Source: a virus (taxonomy: Duplodnaviria; Caudoviricetes). Taken from it: a DNA stretch of 57,392 nt. Under the pieces are notes generated by a model. The model saw only the letters and a program-made list of their open reading frames with translations, did no database searches and had not been told where the DNA came from. The first letter of the stretch is position 1. The number at the start of each line of letters is the position of its first letter. A program made the translations under genes and the position numbers. Shown here one piece after another: positions 26,613 through 36,790 of this stretch. The stretch lies in the IMG/VR virus record IMGVR_UViG_3300048587_000172, positions 1 to 57,392 of that record; one strand, 5' to 3'.

Positions 26613-28720
26613 TGAAGCATAGTCAGCAGATTGTAAGCCGTATTCAAGAATTATTAGATGTTGAGACTCCGCCGGTTAATGGCGGAGTTTTAACATGGAA
26701 TAGTTCAGAATCGAAATACAAGCATAGTCTGCTATCTGACTATCTTCTGAAATCTGATAATCTGGCTGGATTATCAAATAAAGCAACATCACGTTCAAAT
26801 TTAGATGTTTTAAGTTCGTCGCAAGTAAATACTTTAGTTAATAATCTTAGTAGTTCATTAGGTTCAATGGCTTATGAATCTACTGGTAATTACTATACTG
26901 GTTCAAGTGTTGATGGATTATTAAATAGTTTATCTACTTATGCAACGAATAGGTCAAATCATACCGGTACTCAAAGTACAGATACTTTAATTAATGGAAT
27001 AACAAGTAAAGTATTTACAACATTAGAAAGAGATAAACTTGCAGGCATTACTCCCGGTGCTACTGCTAATGAAGATGATGATTTTTTATTGGATCGTTCA
27101 AATCATACTGGTACTCAATCTGCTGACACTCTAATTGATGGAACAACTAATAAAGTATTTTTAGCAACAGAAAGAACAAAACTTAATGGTATTGAAGTTG
27201 GTGCTAGCGCTAATTCTTCCGATTCTTATCTTTTGGATCGAATAAATCATACTGGTACACAAACTTTATCAACAATCTCTAATGCCGGATCAATAGCTTC
27301 TCAAAATTCAAATAATGTAAATATTACAGGTGGTAGTTTAGTTTCTTTAGATCAAATTTCTATAGGGACAAATTTAACATCAGAGAAGCTACACATTGTT
27401 GATGCTATGAGAGTAGGAAATTCTGCAAACACCACTTATTCACGAGTGCATGAAGGTGGTATTCAGCTTTTCCAAAACTCACTATTGAGAGCTGGTTTGG
27501 AATATCGTTCAGGTACAAACACCGCTGAATTTATCGGTTACTCGATTGGATTTGGATTTTATACATCAGGTGTTAAATATGTCGGTAATACTCCAAACAA
27601 TCAATTAAGTCATCATTCAGCGGAACTTTCGGTTTACAATATTGAGAATAGTAGAAGCAGTTTTGCAGTAAAAACAGCTAATTCTAGTGGAGCAAATTTA
27701 CTTGAATTAAAAGCAGATGGGACATTAAATAATTCGGCCTCAATTTTAACAAGTGACGGAACTGTTTCGCTTCCATCTTTTGCTTTTATATCAGATACAA
27801 ATACAGGTCTTTATCGAGTGTCGGCAGACTATCTTGCACTAGTAACAGGTGGTACTGCACGTATACATGTTGATAATTCTGGCAATATTGGTATTGGTAC
27901 AACACCAACTGGAAGTAGATTGATTGTTTCCGGCATCAGCCATTTCCTATCAAATATCTATGCCCCTACATTAACCGCACAGGCAGATAATACTGCTCTT
28001 GGTTTGCAACATCGAAGTTTTACAGCAGCAAACACCGCAATCAATGCTTTAAATGGTACAATTTCGCATACATCCGGAACATTTAATGGATTGAGTTTAA
28101 CACCAACGTATAATTCTGCTGCAAATTCAAATGATATCTTCGTTAATAGAACCGAAAGCGGAACGTTAACAGGTAATCATTATTTCTTACGCTTGCAACA
28201 ATCCGGCGTAGATCGTTTTACGGTACTAAATAACGGCAACGCAACTTGTAGAGATATAACCGCTTCGAACGCGGTTATAGGCAGTTTCTTTTTTAGTGGA
28301 AATATCTCTAATACTGGACATAATGGTACGATAAGATTAAACTATGATAGACATCAAACAACTAATACAACTTTAATGACCATCGGCGACGCTGGTAATT
28401 CAACATCAGGATTCTCTTCTCAAACAAGTGGAACTAATGTTGTTTTAAGAATCAATCGTAGATACAAGCAATTAAGCGGTAACGCAACAAATATTGATTT
28501 CGTTATCAACCGAATCGAAGATGCTATCGGTTCTGGCGATCAATTTTTTATGAAAGGTCAGATTAGTGGTGTTGATAAATTTACAGTAAATACTAATGGC
28601 GTTATAATGGTGGGTAATCTTTCATCTGCACCCGGTGGTACATTAGGACAAATTTACTATAATACATCAGATAATCATTTCTATGGTTATAATGGATCAT
28701 GGAAACAACTTGACAATTAA
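26612..28720 (+). CDS. tail fiber / receptor-binding-like protein
   Basis: S/T/G/N-rich; three R(S/I)NHTGTQ repeats; PSFAF.SDTNTG, GNIGIGT, GQIYYNT..FYGYNG.W. Confidence 0.75.
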   Translation: MKHSQQIVSRIQELLDVETPPVNGGVLTWNSSESKYKHSLLSDYLLKSDNLAGLSNKATSRSNLDVLSSSQVNTLVNNLSSSLGSMAYESTGNYYTGSSVDGLLNSLSTYATNRSNHTGTQSTDTLINGITSKVFTTLERDKLAGITPGATANEDDDFLLDRSNHTGTQSADTLIDGTTNKVFLATERTKLNGIEVGASANSSDSYLLDRINHTGTQTLSTISNAGSIASQNSNNVNITGGSLVSLDQISIGTNLTSEKLHIVDAMRVGNSANTTYSRVHEGGIQLFQNSLLRAGLEYRSGTNTAEFIGYSIGFGFYTSGVKYVGNTPNNQLSHHSAELSVYNIENSRSSFAVKTANSSGANLLELKADGTLNNSASILTSDGTVSLPSFAFISDTNTGLYRVSADYLALVTGGTARIHVDNSGNIGIGTTPTGSRLIVSGISHFLSNIYAPTLTAQADNTALGLQHRSFTAANTAINALNGTISHTSGTFNGLSLTPTYNSAANSNDIFVNRTESGTLTGNHYFLRLQQSGVDRFTVLNNGNATCRDITASNAVIGSFFFSGNISNTGHNGTIRLNYDRHQTTNTTLMTIGDAGNSTSGFSSQTSGTNVVLRINRRYKQLSGNATNIDFVINRIEDAIGSGDQFFMKGQISGVDKFTVNTNGVIMVGNLSSAPGGTLGQIYYNTSDNHFYGYNGSWKQLDN

Positions 28721-28729
28721 GGAGTTAAA

Positions 28730-29050
28730 ATGTCAGAAAATACTCAAAATATAATTATAACTGATAACCCTATTATTATTACTCAAAAAGAATATAAAGA
28801 AATCAAAGTTAAAAATTTCAGTGTAGTTAAAGAAAATCCTAATGATAGTACACCTATAGCGGTTAATATCAATTTAGGGTTAGTAGCAAGGGATGAAAAT
28901 GGTAATTGTGAATGGTTGCAAGGTCATAACGTAAATTGGTCAATTGATAATTTAGTAGAAGAATTTAATAATGATCCTATTATAAGTGGATACTTAAAAG
29001 AAATGACTTCATTAATTATCAACTTAGCTAAACAAAAAGGTATTATTTAA
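28730..29050 (+). CDS. hypothetical protein (possible fiber chaperone)
   Basis: AGGAG RBS, follows fiber gene. Confidence 0.65.
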   Translation: MSENTQNIIITDNPIIITQKEYKEIKVKNFSVVKENPNDSTPIAVNINLGLVARDENGNCEWLQGHNVNWSIDNLVEEFNNDPIISGYLKEMTSLIINLAKQKGII

Positions 29051-29065
29051 TTAAGGAAATGTATA

Positions 29066-29302
29066 ATGTCTAAGAAAGAATCAACAAAACGTACCGATAT
29101 TGAAAAAGAAATTGGAAATACATCACACTTTATTATTCAAATTGCTAGAAAACAAAATGAATTAAAAAACAATATACAACTTTTAGAAGAAGAAAAAATC
29201 AACAGTGAAAAACACTTACTAAAATTAGAGCAAAAATATCAACAGCTTTTACAAGAAGAAAAAGCTGAAAAAGAAAAGTTAGATACAATTAATAAGGAAT
29301 AA
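29066..29302 (+). CDS. small coiled-coil protein
   Basis: 78 aa, E/K/Q/L-rich. Confidence 0.65.
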   Translation: MSKKESTKRTDIEKEIGNTSHFIIQIARKQNELKNNIQLLEEEKINSEKHLLKLEQKYQQLLQEEKAEKEKLDTINKE

Positions 29303-29304
29303 CA

Positions 29305-30003
29305 ATGGCTAGACCATTTTCAGCCGGATTAATTTCACCTACAAATGGAACTCTTACTATAAAAGCTTATAATAATGCTTTTGAAATAGTAGGTGAATCC
29401 GAAGGTATAATCGTTGATGAAGATGGTCTACTTTATGCAGCGATTGTTAATGAAATAAATCCAGAAGATAGTGGTTATTATAATTGGTTCATTGACGATG
29501 TACCAGTTGCAGGATTGAACGGGCAATTTGATTCTACTTTAGTCGATGTTGATTTATCAGCTATAACTACTATAATCAATTCCATACCAGCAGCAGTATG
29601 GAATTTTAGACCTAGAACGTTAACCGACGGCATTATCTACACAATGCCCACTATGCAGTACGGTCGTAGGACGGTTATTGCAGGTGATACATATTCGTCT
29701 ACTTTACGTAAATTTCCTGTTACTGTAGATAAAGGTGGAGAATTTCCTTTAGATTTATCACTGTATGTATGGACATATACATTTAAGAAGAAAGAAGAAA
29801 ATCTAGATGAAGAATCTCCTGATGTTATAAATGGTACTGCAACCATTATTATAGCGACAGGTGAAGGGAGAGGAATTTACTTAAATGTTGATGGTGATGA
29901 TACAATTGATGCTGATGGCATTTATGATTATGAAGTAATCGGCACAAAAATTGATGATGAAACTGAGTGGACTGTTGAACGTGGTGAAGTTACTTTTGAG
30001 TAA
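29305..30003 (+). CDS. hypothetical acidic beta-rich protein, possibly structural
   Basis: 232 aa; C-terminal DLS...G.YDYEV...G.V segment. Confidence 0.65.
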   Translation: MARPFSAGLISPTNGTLTIKAYNNAFEIVGESEGIIVDEDGLLYAAIVNEINPEDSGYYNWFIDDVPVAGLNGQFDSTLVDVDLSAITTIINSIPAAVWNFRPRTLTDGIIYTMPTMQYGRRTVIAGDTYSSTLRKFPVTVDKGGEFPLDLSLYVWTYTFKKKEENLDEESPDVINGTATIIIATGEGRGIYLNVDGDDTIDADGIYDYEVIGTKIDDETEWTVERGEVTFE

Positions 30004-30008
30004 TACAA

Positions 30009-31496
30009 ATGAGTAAAGAAAAAGATCATAATAAAGTAAATGATACTACTTCAACATATGATGATATGGCCTTTGAATGGGAATTGCCTATAGCATTAAT
30101 GGGCGGAACCATTGCTATGCGCAATAAAGGCCGAGAATACTTACCACAAGAACCTAAAGAATTAGATGTGTCATATAGTAATCGAGTGGCAAGATCATTT
30201 TTATATAATGGATATGCCGATACTGTTGATAAATTAAGTTCAAAACCTTTCACTCAACCTATCACACTTACTAATAGTCAAAAATTAGATAAACGTTTAC
30301 AGTTAATCGAAAAGAATTGCGATAAACTTGGAACAAATATTACAGGATTTTTTAAATCCTCTTTATATAACGCTATTGATAGAGGGTTAACTTACGTTAT
30401 CTGTGATTTTCCTTCTATTTCTGAAACTGCTACCCTTGCTGATGAAAATTCTATCGGCGCTCGCCCTTACTTCATTTATCTTGATCCTGTTCAATTAATT
30501 GGATGGCGTACTACAACTAATCCAGATGGATCAGTAAAAGTTACGCAAGTAAGATATTTTGAAAATACCATTGTTGATAGTGGTAGATATGGAGAAAAAC
30601 TGGTTAAAATTGTTAAAGTTTGGAATATAGATAGTTGGGAAATTTGGGAGCCTTCCGAAAAGAATGAGTCTGTATATGTTCAGACAAAGAAAGGTAAACA
30701 TAGCTATCCAGACGGTATACCTATTAAAGCTTTCTATACTAATAAAACTGGATTCATGACTGGACGGCCTGCTTTAATAGAGTTAGCTTGGACTAATTTG
30801 TGCCACTGGCAGAGTAGTAGCGATCAGCGTAGTATACTTCGATTTGCGCGTTGCGGTACTATATTTGTAAAAGGTATGTCCAATGAGGAATTTACAAGTC
30901 AGAATTTTTCTATTGGACCTAGCCAAGTTTTATTAGCGTCTAATGAACAAGCTGGAATGGATATTGTCGAATATAGCGGCAGCGCCATTAAAGCCGGTGC
31001 GGAAGATTTAGAAGCATTAGAAAAGAAAATGGAAATGCTAGGGATGCAACCGTTAGTTGAACGGTCGCAAAATTCTACCGCTACTGGTAAAGCAATTGAT
31101 GAAGGTAGATCAGTAACACGTATTCAGACTTGGATTATTGATTTGCAGATTTTCATACATGAATTATATGGGATGGCTGCAAAATGGTTGAATGTCGAAT
31201 TACCAGATGATTTCAAAGTTGAAGTATTTGCAGATTTTATCGCTGAACTTAATAACGCAACAGAAATATCTGCAATTGAAACCGCTAGACAAGCTGGTGA
31301 TTTAACCCAAAAAACTTACCTATTAGAACTAAAGAGACGAGGGGTTTTATCTTCTAATATTGATATTGATGAAGAATTAGCAGCTATTAAATTGGAAGGT
31401 CCGTCTTTAGGATCATTAGGATTAGACGATAATGACGATCCTATTAATAAACATACTAATGACCCTACTAATGACCCTACTAAAATTGAAGAGTAA
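30009..31496 (+). CDS. portal protein (DUF4055-type)
   Basis: LMGGT.AMR..G.EYLP..P.E..Y..R..R, PAL..LA..N..H.Q..SD, TAT. Confidence 0.9.
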   Translation: MSKEKDHNKVNDTTSTYDDMAFEWELPIALMGGTIAMRNKGREYLPQEPKELDVSYSNRVARSFLYNGYADTVDKLSSKPFTQPITLTNSQKLDKRLQLIEKNCDKLGTNITGFFKSSLYNAIDRGLTYVICDFPSISETATLADENSIGARPYFIYLDPVQLIGWRTTTNPDGSVKVTQVRYFENTIVDSGRYGEKLVKIVKVWNIDSWEIWEPSEKNESVYVQTKKGKHSYPDGIPIKAFYTNKTGFMTGRPALIELAWTNLCHWQSSSDQRSILRFARCGTIFVKGMSNEEFTSQNFSIGPSQVLLASNEQAGMDIVEYSGSAIKAGAEDLEALEKKMEMLGMQPLVERSQNSTATGKAIDEGRSVTRIQTWIIDLQIFIHELYGMAAKWLNVELPDDFKVEVFADFIAELNNATEISAIETARQAGDLTQKTYLLELKRRGVLSSNIDIDEELAAIKLEGPSLGSLGLDDNDDPINKHTNDPTNDPTKIEE

Positions 31497-32614
31497 TGGC
31501 AGAAGAATTTATTGATAATCAAAAAGAAGAAAAAAATTCTACTACCTTATTTGCATGGTTAGCAATAAGGTATATGATTCTATTGGAATTATATAAAAAT
31601 AAATTAGTTCAAGAATCAGTAAAGAATTTTAATGTTCTGGTGTTAAATTCCTATGTTAAAAAATGGGAAGAAATATTACAAAAAATTGAACGAAGTGGAA
31701 GTAAAACACGTCTTGAGGCTAACAAAAGTATTTCAGGTTCAATATCTGAAACGAAGAAAACACTTAAAAATGGTATTAAAAAAGTTTCGAAAAAAATCAC
31801 AAAAGAATTAGAAGATTTAATTAATATAGAAACCGATTGGCAGGTATCTACACTTAGTAGAATTATTCCTATTGAAATTGGAAAAGGTATTGCACCTTCA
31901 CCACAATTTCTCAATACGATAATAACTTCAAAACCTATGCAAGGTAAGTTATTATCAAAATGGTTTAGTGGTTTAACTGCTGAAATTCAATCGAAAGTTC
32001 AAGCTACTTTAAATATTGGTTTAGCAAAAGGGGAGACGATTCCTGAATTAACACGTAGGTTAATAGGAACACGAAAAAATCAGTATAAGGATAGCGTATT
32101 AAATATTCCTAGACGAAATGTTGAAGCTATTGTAAGAACTGCTGCATCACATGTAACAAATCAAGCTAGAGTAGAAACTTATAAAGCTAACAAAGAATTG
32201 TTCAAAGGTTGGCAATTCGTCGCTACTTTAGACGATAGAACAACATTGATTTGTATTTCGGAAGATGGTAATGTATATAATATCGGTGAAGGTCCGATAC
32301 CACCACTGCATTGGAATTGCCGATCAACTACCATTCCTGTTATGAAATCTCTACAGGAAATGGGATTTACTAAAGATGAAGATTATAAACTTCCGGTAGG
32401 TACTCGTGCTTCCTTTAATGGTCAAGTAGCTGCAAATATCAAATATAAAGATTGGTTAAAATCGCAATCGAATCAATTTCAAGATAGAGTATTAGGAAAA
32501 GAAAGAGCAGAGTTATTCCGATCAGGAAAAATAGCTGCTGATAAATTTGTAAATGATAAGGGAAAAACGTTGACCCTTTCACAATTACGTGTCTTATTGA
32601 GAAAGCAGGATTAG
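31496..32614 (+). CDS. minor head morphogenesis protein (SPP1 gp7 / Mu F-like)
   Basis: IVRTA, ATLDDRTT.IC...DG, PPLHWNCRS. Confidence 0.92.
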   Translation: MAEEFIDNQKEEKNSTTLFAWLAIRYMILLELYKNKLVQESVKNFNVLVLNSYVKKWEEILQKIERSGSKTRLEANKSISGSISETKKTLKNGIKKVSKKITKELEDLINIETDWQVSTLSRIIPIEIGKGIAPSPQFLNTIITSKPMQGKLLSKWFSGLTAEIQSKVQATLNIGLAKGETIPELTRRLIGTRKNQYKDSVLNIPRRNVEAIVRTAASHVTNQARVETYKANKELFKGWQFVATLDDRTTLICISEDGNVYNIGEGPIPPLHWNCRSTTIPVMKSLQEMGFTKDEDYKLPVGTRASFNGQVAANIKYKDWLKSQSNQFQDRVLGKERAELFRSGKIAADKFVNDKGKTLTLSQLRVLLRKQD

Positions 32615-32618
32615 GTTT

Positions 32619-33395
32619 ATGTCGTTACCAGCAATTGTAGATAGTTTGGATGGATTGTCCGAAGATATTGCAAAAGAATATAAGGATAACGGTAAGGGTA
32701 AATTTATCCTTGACGTTACTCCTGTCGGTACTGTCGCATTAGAAGATGTTGGCGGATTGAAATCTTCTTTGATGAAAGAACGTAAAGAAAGAGAAATCGC
32801 TGTTAACGCACTTAAAAAGTTTGAAGGTATTGAAGACCCCGAAGCAGCTAAAGAAGCTTTAACAAAATTAGATGAGGTTAAAAACTGGAAGCCAGACGAA
32901 AAAGTCGAACAAATGATGAAGGCTAGAACTGCTGATTTAGTAACCAAACATAAAAAAGAATTAGATGCAAAAGATACCGAATTTAATTCGGTAGAAAAGC
33001 AATTGCAGAAGCATTTAATTGATGATGCAATCACTAAAGCTGTTATTGCTGAAAAAGGTAAAGTAAATATTCTTAGTCCGCATCTTCGCGCACATGTTAA
33101 GATGAAAAACGTAAATGGTATACGTGTACCATCCGTGGTGGATGAAGCTGGAAATGAACGAGTAAATAATTCCGGTAATTTAATGACTATTCAGGAATTA
33201 GTTTCTGAATATAAAGCAAATGAAGAATTTGCAGTTGCTTTCGAAGCAACAGGGACTACTGGCTCTGGCGGTGGTGGTCCAAATCAAAGAAAAACCACTG
33301 CTACTAATTCTACGTCGAAAGTATCTAAGGATGATGCAAACGCTATTGAAAATAATCTAGAGGGGATTGCATCAGGTAAAGTAAACGTAGTCTAA
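32619..33395 (+). CDS. head scaffolding protein
   Basis: Between minor head and capsid; coiled coil; GSG motif near C-terminus. Confidence 0.8.
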   Translation: MSLPAIVDSLDGLSEDIAKEYKDNGKGKFILDVTPVGTVALEDVGGLKSSLMKERKEREIAVNALKKFEGIEDPEAAKEALTKLDEVKNWKPDEKVEQMMKARTADLVTKHKKELDAKDTEFNSVEKQLQKHLIDDAITKAVIAEKGKVNILSPHLRAHVKMKNVNGIRVPSVVDEAGNERVNNSGNLMTIQELVSEYKANEEFAVAFEATGTTGSGGGGPNQRKTTATNSTSKVSKDDANAIENNLEGIASGKVNVV

Positions 33396-33404
33396 TTAAA
33401 ACTC

Positions 33405-33446
33405 AACATACCTGCAATTGACTTTGCAGGTATGTTTTCATATAGT
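33405..33446 (+). promoter_or_regulatory. capsid-gene promoter whose -35 is the spacer of a 13-bp inverted repeat
   Basis: AACATACCTGCAA-TTGACT-TTGCAGGTATGTT; TTGACT-N17-TATAGT. Confidence 0.65.
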
Positions 33447-33546
33447 TCAGTCTTACAACATATCTTTTCGGTGGGATACCGGACGCGCTGGGATGGCGTG
33501 GGAATATGTGGAAATTCCTAACACTTTTCTCATTGGAGCAGCGCAA

Positions 33547-34797
33547 ATGGCAAATGACTTATCCGCAATCATGCCGAAGATTATCGCACGTGGCTTAATG
33601 CTTCTTCGCCCTAAGTTTGTTGTACCACGTACAATCAATTCGGATTACAGCAAAGAAGCTACGAAAAAAGGTACAGTAATTAATATCCCTATTGCGGCTA
33701 ATGTTGGTGTGCGGGATGTTACTCCCGGCCCTGTAAAGCCGAATAACGTAGATTTAACTTTATCACAAGCTGAAATTCGTTTGGATCAGTGGAAACAGAA
33801 TGATCCAATTCACTTGACTGATAAAGAACTCGCCGAAATTGATAGCAAAGAACATTTCTTGCCGATGCAAATGCAGTCGGCATTAAATGGATTAGCTGCT
33901 GCTGTTAATACTCAAATCGTGAGTAATTATAAAGGTCCAACAAACGGTATCTTTAATGTGTGGGGTACTCCGGGTACTACACCATTTGCTGATACTAATA
34001 CTTCTAATCCTAATTACGGTGTGAAACCTGCTACGAATGCAATGCGCATTCTTAACAGTGAAAATTCGCCTGATGAAAACCGTAGCGCAATTCTTAATTA
34101 TACAGCGGAAGCCGCTGCAATGGAATTGGCAACTTTCCATGAAGCTGATAAAACTGGTACACGTGAAAATCGTTTGCAAGGTGATATCGGTCGTGTTATG
34201 GGAATTGATTGGTATGGTACTGCTGGTGTATTAACCCATACCGCTGGTACTGTAATTAATAACTCCAGTGCACGCGAATTAGCAGTTAATAACAGCGGTG
34301 GTTATGCTGCTGGTACTTCTGCTTTAAACGTAGATAAGGGTGCTGCATCTACTGCTACTGGCACTCTTGTTTTAGGTGATATCATTAAGTTTGCAGGTCA
34401 TTCGCAAACTTATACTGTTATCGCAAATCCAGCAAGCGGTAATTATTCCAACGGTGCATATACGCTTGGATCAAATGCTGTTTCAGGTTTGATGATTTAT
34501 CCACCGCTTCGCGCGCCAGTAATTGATGATGAAGTCATTACAATCATGGCTTCACACGTGGTTAATATGGCGTATCATCGTGATGCGTTTGGTTTTGCAA
34601 TGCGTTCGTTGCAAAGCGAAAATGCGTTACTGAATAGTATCGGTGGTTCTATTATTCAATCCTATCAAGACCCTATGACGGGTATTGTACTGCGCTTGGA
34701 AGTTTCAAGGCAGCACAAACAAGTTACGTGGGAATTTGATATTTTATGGGGAAGTTCATTAGTTCGGCCAGAATTGGCTGTTCGATTAATTGGCTAA
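33547..34797 (+). CDS. major capsid protein (P22 coat-like)
   Basis: GGAG RBS before ATG 33547; DYS.E..KKG.VINIP, N.AYHRDAF..A.R.L, FDILWG...VRPE. Confidence 0.9.
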   Translation: MANDLSAIMPKIIARGLMLLRPKFVVPRTINSDYSKEATKKGTVINIPIAANVGVRDVTPGPVKPNNVDLTLSQAEIRLDQWKQNDPIHLTDKELAEIDSKEHFLPMQMQSALNGLAAAVNTQIVSNYKGPTNGIFNVWGTPGTTPFADTNTSNPNYGVKPATNAMRILNSENSPDENRSAILNYTAEAAAMELATFHEADKTGTRENRLQGDIGRVMGIDWYGTAGVLTHTAGTVINNSSARELAVNNSGGYAAGTSALNVDKGAASTATGTLVLGDIIKFAGHSQTYTVIANPASGNYSNGAYTLGSNAVSGLMIYPPLRAPVIDDEVITIMASHVVNMAYHRDAFGFAMRSLQSENALLNSIGGSIIQSYQDPMTGIVLRLEVSRQHKQVTWEFDILWGSSLVRPELAVRLIG

Positions 34798-34810
34798 ACC
34801 CTAAGACTTT

Positions 34811-34848
34811 AATCTTCATATTCTTAATCGAGTATGAAGATTTTTCTT
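34811..34848 (+). terminator. intrinsic terminator after capsid gene
   Basis: AATCTTCATATTC/GAGTATGAAGATT followed by T-rich tail. Confidence 0.75.
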
Positions 34849-34870
34849 TCCTTTTACTTAGGAGTTAGCA

Positions 34871-35374
34871 ATGTCAGAAGTTACTTTAGAAGAAACCGTA
34901 ACGATGCGTGGTCCCGGTGGTTTAGTAGTTGTAGCGAAGAAAGATGTTAAGCGCTACAAAAATCCGCCTTTCGAATATGAAGTAGTAGAAGATGTTACTA
35001 CCGGTCAACCAAAACCTTCCGAAGATTCACCAAATCCTAATAATTTCACTGCAACAGGAACTATTGATAAGAGTAAGTTAGATCGTTCCATGAATGCAGA
35101 TATGATTAATGCAAATGCACATGCAAACGATCAATCTGTTCGTTTGCATGGACAAAGCGCTGCAGAATTGCAAACTGGAACGTCTACGCAACCTGTTGTA
35201 GATACTACAACAGACGGTAAGCCATTGGATCAGGAAGTTGAAAAAGCTAAAAATAATCAGGAAGATTATTATAGCATGACTGTTGCACAATTAAAGGAAT
35301 TGGCAGCACAACGTAATATTGATATTGTTTCTGGTGCAAAGAAACAAGATATCATTGATGCTCTTACTGCTTAA
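34871..35374 (+). CDS. protein with C-terminal HeH/Rho-N-like domain
   Basis: MTVAQLKELA..RNI....AKKQDII..L. Confidence 0.75.
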   Translation: MSEVTLEETVTMRGPGGLVVVAKKDVKRYKNPPFEYEVVEDVTTGQPKPSEDSPNPNNFTATGTIDKSKLDRSMNADMINANAHANDQSVRLHGQSAAELQTGTSTQPVVDTTTDGKPLDQEVEKAKNNQEDYYSMTVAQLKELAAQRNIDIVSGAKKQDIIDALTA

Positions 35375-35379
35375 TCATA

Positions 35380-35901
35380 ATGGCATTAATTGTCGAAGAT
35401 GGATCAGGTATATCATCGGCTGAAAGCTATGCAACGGTAGCTTTCGCCGATGATTACCATTCCAAATATGGCAATTCATTATGGTCAACTCTATCTTTAA
35501 ATCAGAAAGAATTGGACTTAAGAAAAGGTACACGTTTTATAGATTTAGTTTGGGGGTCTAGGTTTAGCGGTATTGTAATGTCAAATGAACAGGGTTTGGC
35601 ATGGCCAAGAATACAAGCTTTTGATTATAACGGTTATCAATTTGATTCAAATATCGTTCCAATTGATTTACAACGTGCAACAGCAGAAGCGGCTTTAATT
35701 GCACAAACACAAGATTTAATGCCTAATTTAGATTTTACTGGTATAATCAAAAGTGAACGCGATAAAGTAGGACCGTTAGAAAGTGAAATTGTTTATATTG
35801 GTGGAAAAAGTCAGTATGCTAAATTCACTACTGTAGAGTATTATTTAAATCGTTTATTAGGTGTTAGTACAAATAATGGATATTCATTAGAGAGAAGCTA
35901 A
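35380..35901 (+). CDS. head-tail adaptor (DnaT-like family)
   Basis: MALIVEDGSG...AESY..V..AD.YH, Q.LAWPR, KVGPLE..Y. Confidence 0.85.
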   Translation: MALIVEDGSGISSAESYATVAFADDYHSKYGNSLWSTLSLNQKELDLRKGTRFIDLVWGSRFSGIVMSNEQGLAWPRIQAFDYNGYQFDSNIVPIDLQRATAEAALIAQTQDLMPNLDFTGIIKSERDKVGPLESEIVYIGGKSQYAKFTTVEYYLNRLLGVSTNNGYSLERS

Positions 35902-36314
35902 TGCCTACTAAAATGGATTTAAGAATACGAGAAATGGTTTCTCGTTTAATGTCTAAATTCGGAGTGAATGGTGAAATTATACCGCCAACACTTGATAGAT
36001 ATGTTCCTGATGAAGGCAGGAATAGAGAAATTAAAAGGGTAGAATCATTTGCTTGCAGAATGTCGCCAATAATCGACAAAGAAGCAAAACAAATGACTTC
36101 CCCATTTGATGGAATTTTGCAGGGTTTGCGGTTAGATGGTATTGATAATATACCTAGATCAAAATTTATGTGTTATGTAAAAGCGGATAATATACCAGAG
36201 ATTACTTTAGATATGCGATTGAAATATCAAAATAAAATCTATACTATCACAAAAGTAGGTACTATTTCCTCTGGTGAATGGATTCCTGTTTATCAATTAT
36301 TCTTAAACGACTAA
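35901..36314 (+). CDS. putative head-closure protein
   Basis: Position and size after the adaptor. Confidence 0.6.
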   Translation: MPTKMDLRIREMVSRLMSKFGVNGEIIPPTLDRYVPDEGRNREIKRVESFACRMSPIIDKEAKQMTSPFDGILQGLRLDGIDNIPRSKFMCYVKADNIPEITLDMRLKYQNKIYTITKVGTISSGEWIPVYQLFLND

Positions 36315-36790
36315 TGGATGAGGATGTTACTAATATCAATGAGTTTACTGCAAACTTGAAAATAGAAGCAGCAGATATAAATCAACGTACTGTAAACTAT
36401 GTAAAATATATAGCTTTTGAAACGTTGAGAAGATTGGTATTAAAAACACCTGTTGATACAGGTAGGGCTAGAAGTAGTTGGCAAATTGGAATAAGTGATG
36501 TAACTACTGATATTTGGTTAGACGATCCTTTAATAGAAGGAATGAAGAAACTGCAAGAGATTAAGGAATTTGATATAATTTACATTTACAATAATGTTTT
36601 TTATACTTATTACTTAGAACATGGTCATAGTAAACAAGCGCCGAATGGTATGGTGGCAATCACAGTAGAAGAAATAAACCAAATGCCAGTACCAGAAAAC
36701 ATTATGCCGGTAGTATTTTCTTTTACTATGTACGAAGTGCCTAAAGATCAGCGTGAAACGTATGGAAAAGGAATGCAATCTAATCCGTAA
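36314..36790 (+). CDS. HK97 gp10-like neck protein
   Basis: TPVDTGRARSSW, NNV.Y...LEHGHS.QAP.GMV. Confidence 0.88.
   Translation: MDEDVTNINEFTANLKIEAADINQRTVNYVKYIAFETLRRLVLKTPVDTGRARSSWQIGISDVTTDIWLDDPLIEGMKKLQEIKEFDIIYIYNNVFYTYYLEHGHSKQAPNGMVAITVEEINQMPVPENIMPVVFSFTMYEVPKDQRETYGKGMQSNP

Noticed and set aside
31454-31482. 12-bp tandem repeat ACTAATGACCCT at the portal 3' end
   Set aside because: In-frame low-complexity tail (TNDP x2) with no sign of function
33418-33546. N-terminal extension of the capsid ORF from TTG 33418
   Set aside because: The region is promoter and structured leader; the GGAG RBS supports ATG 33547
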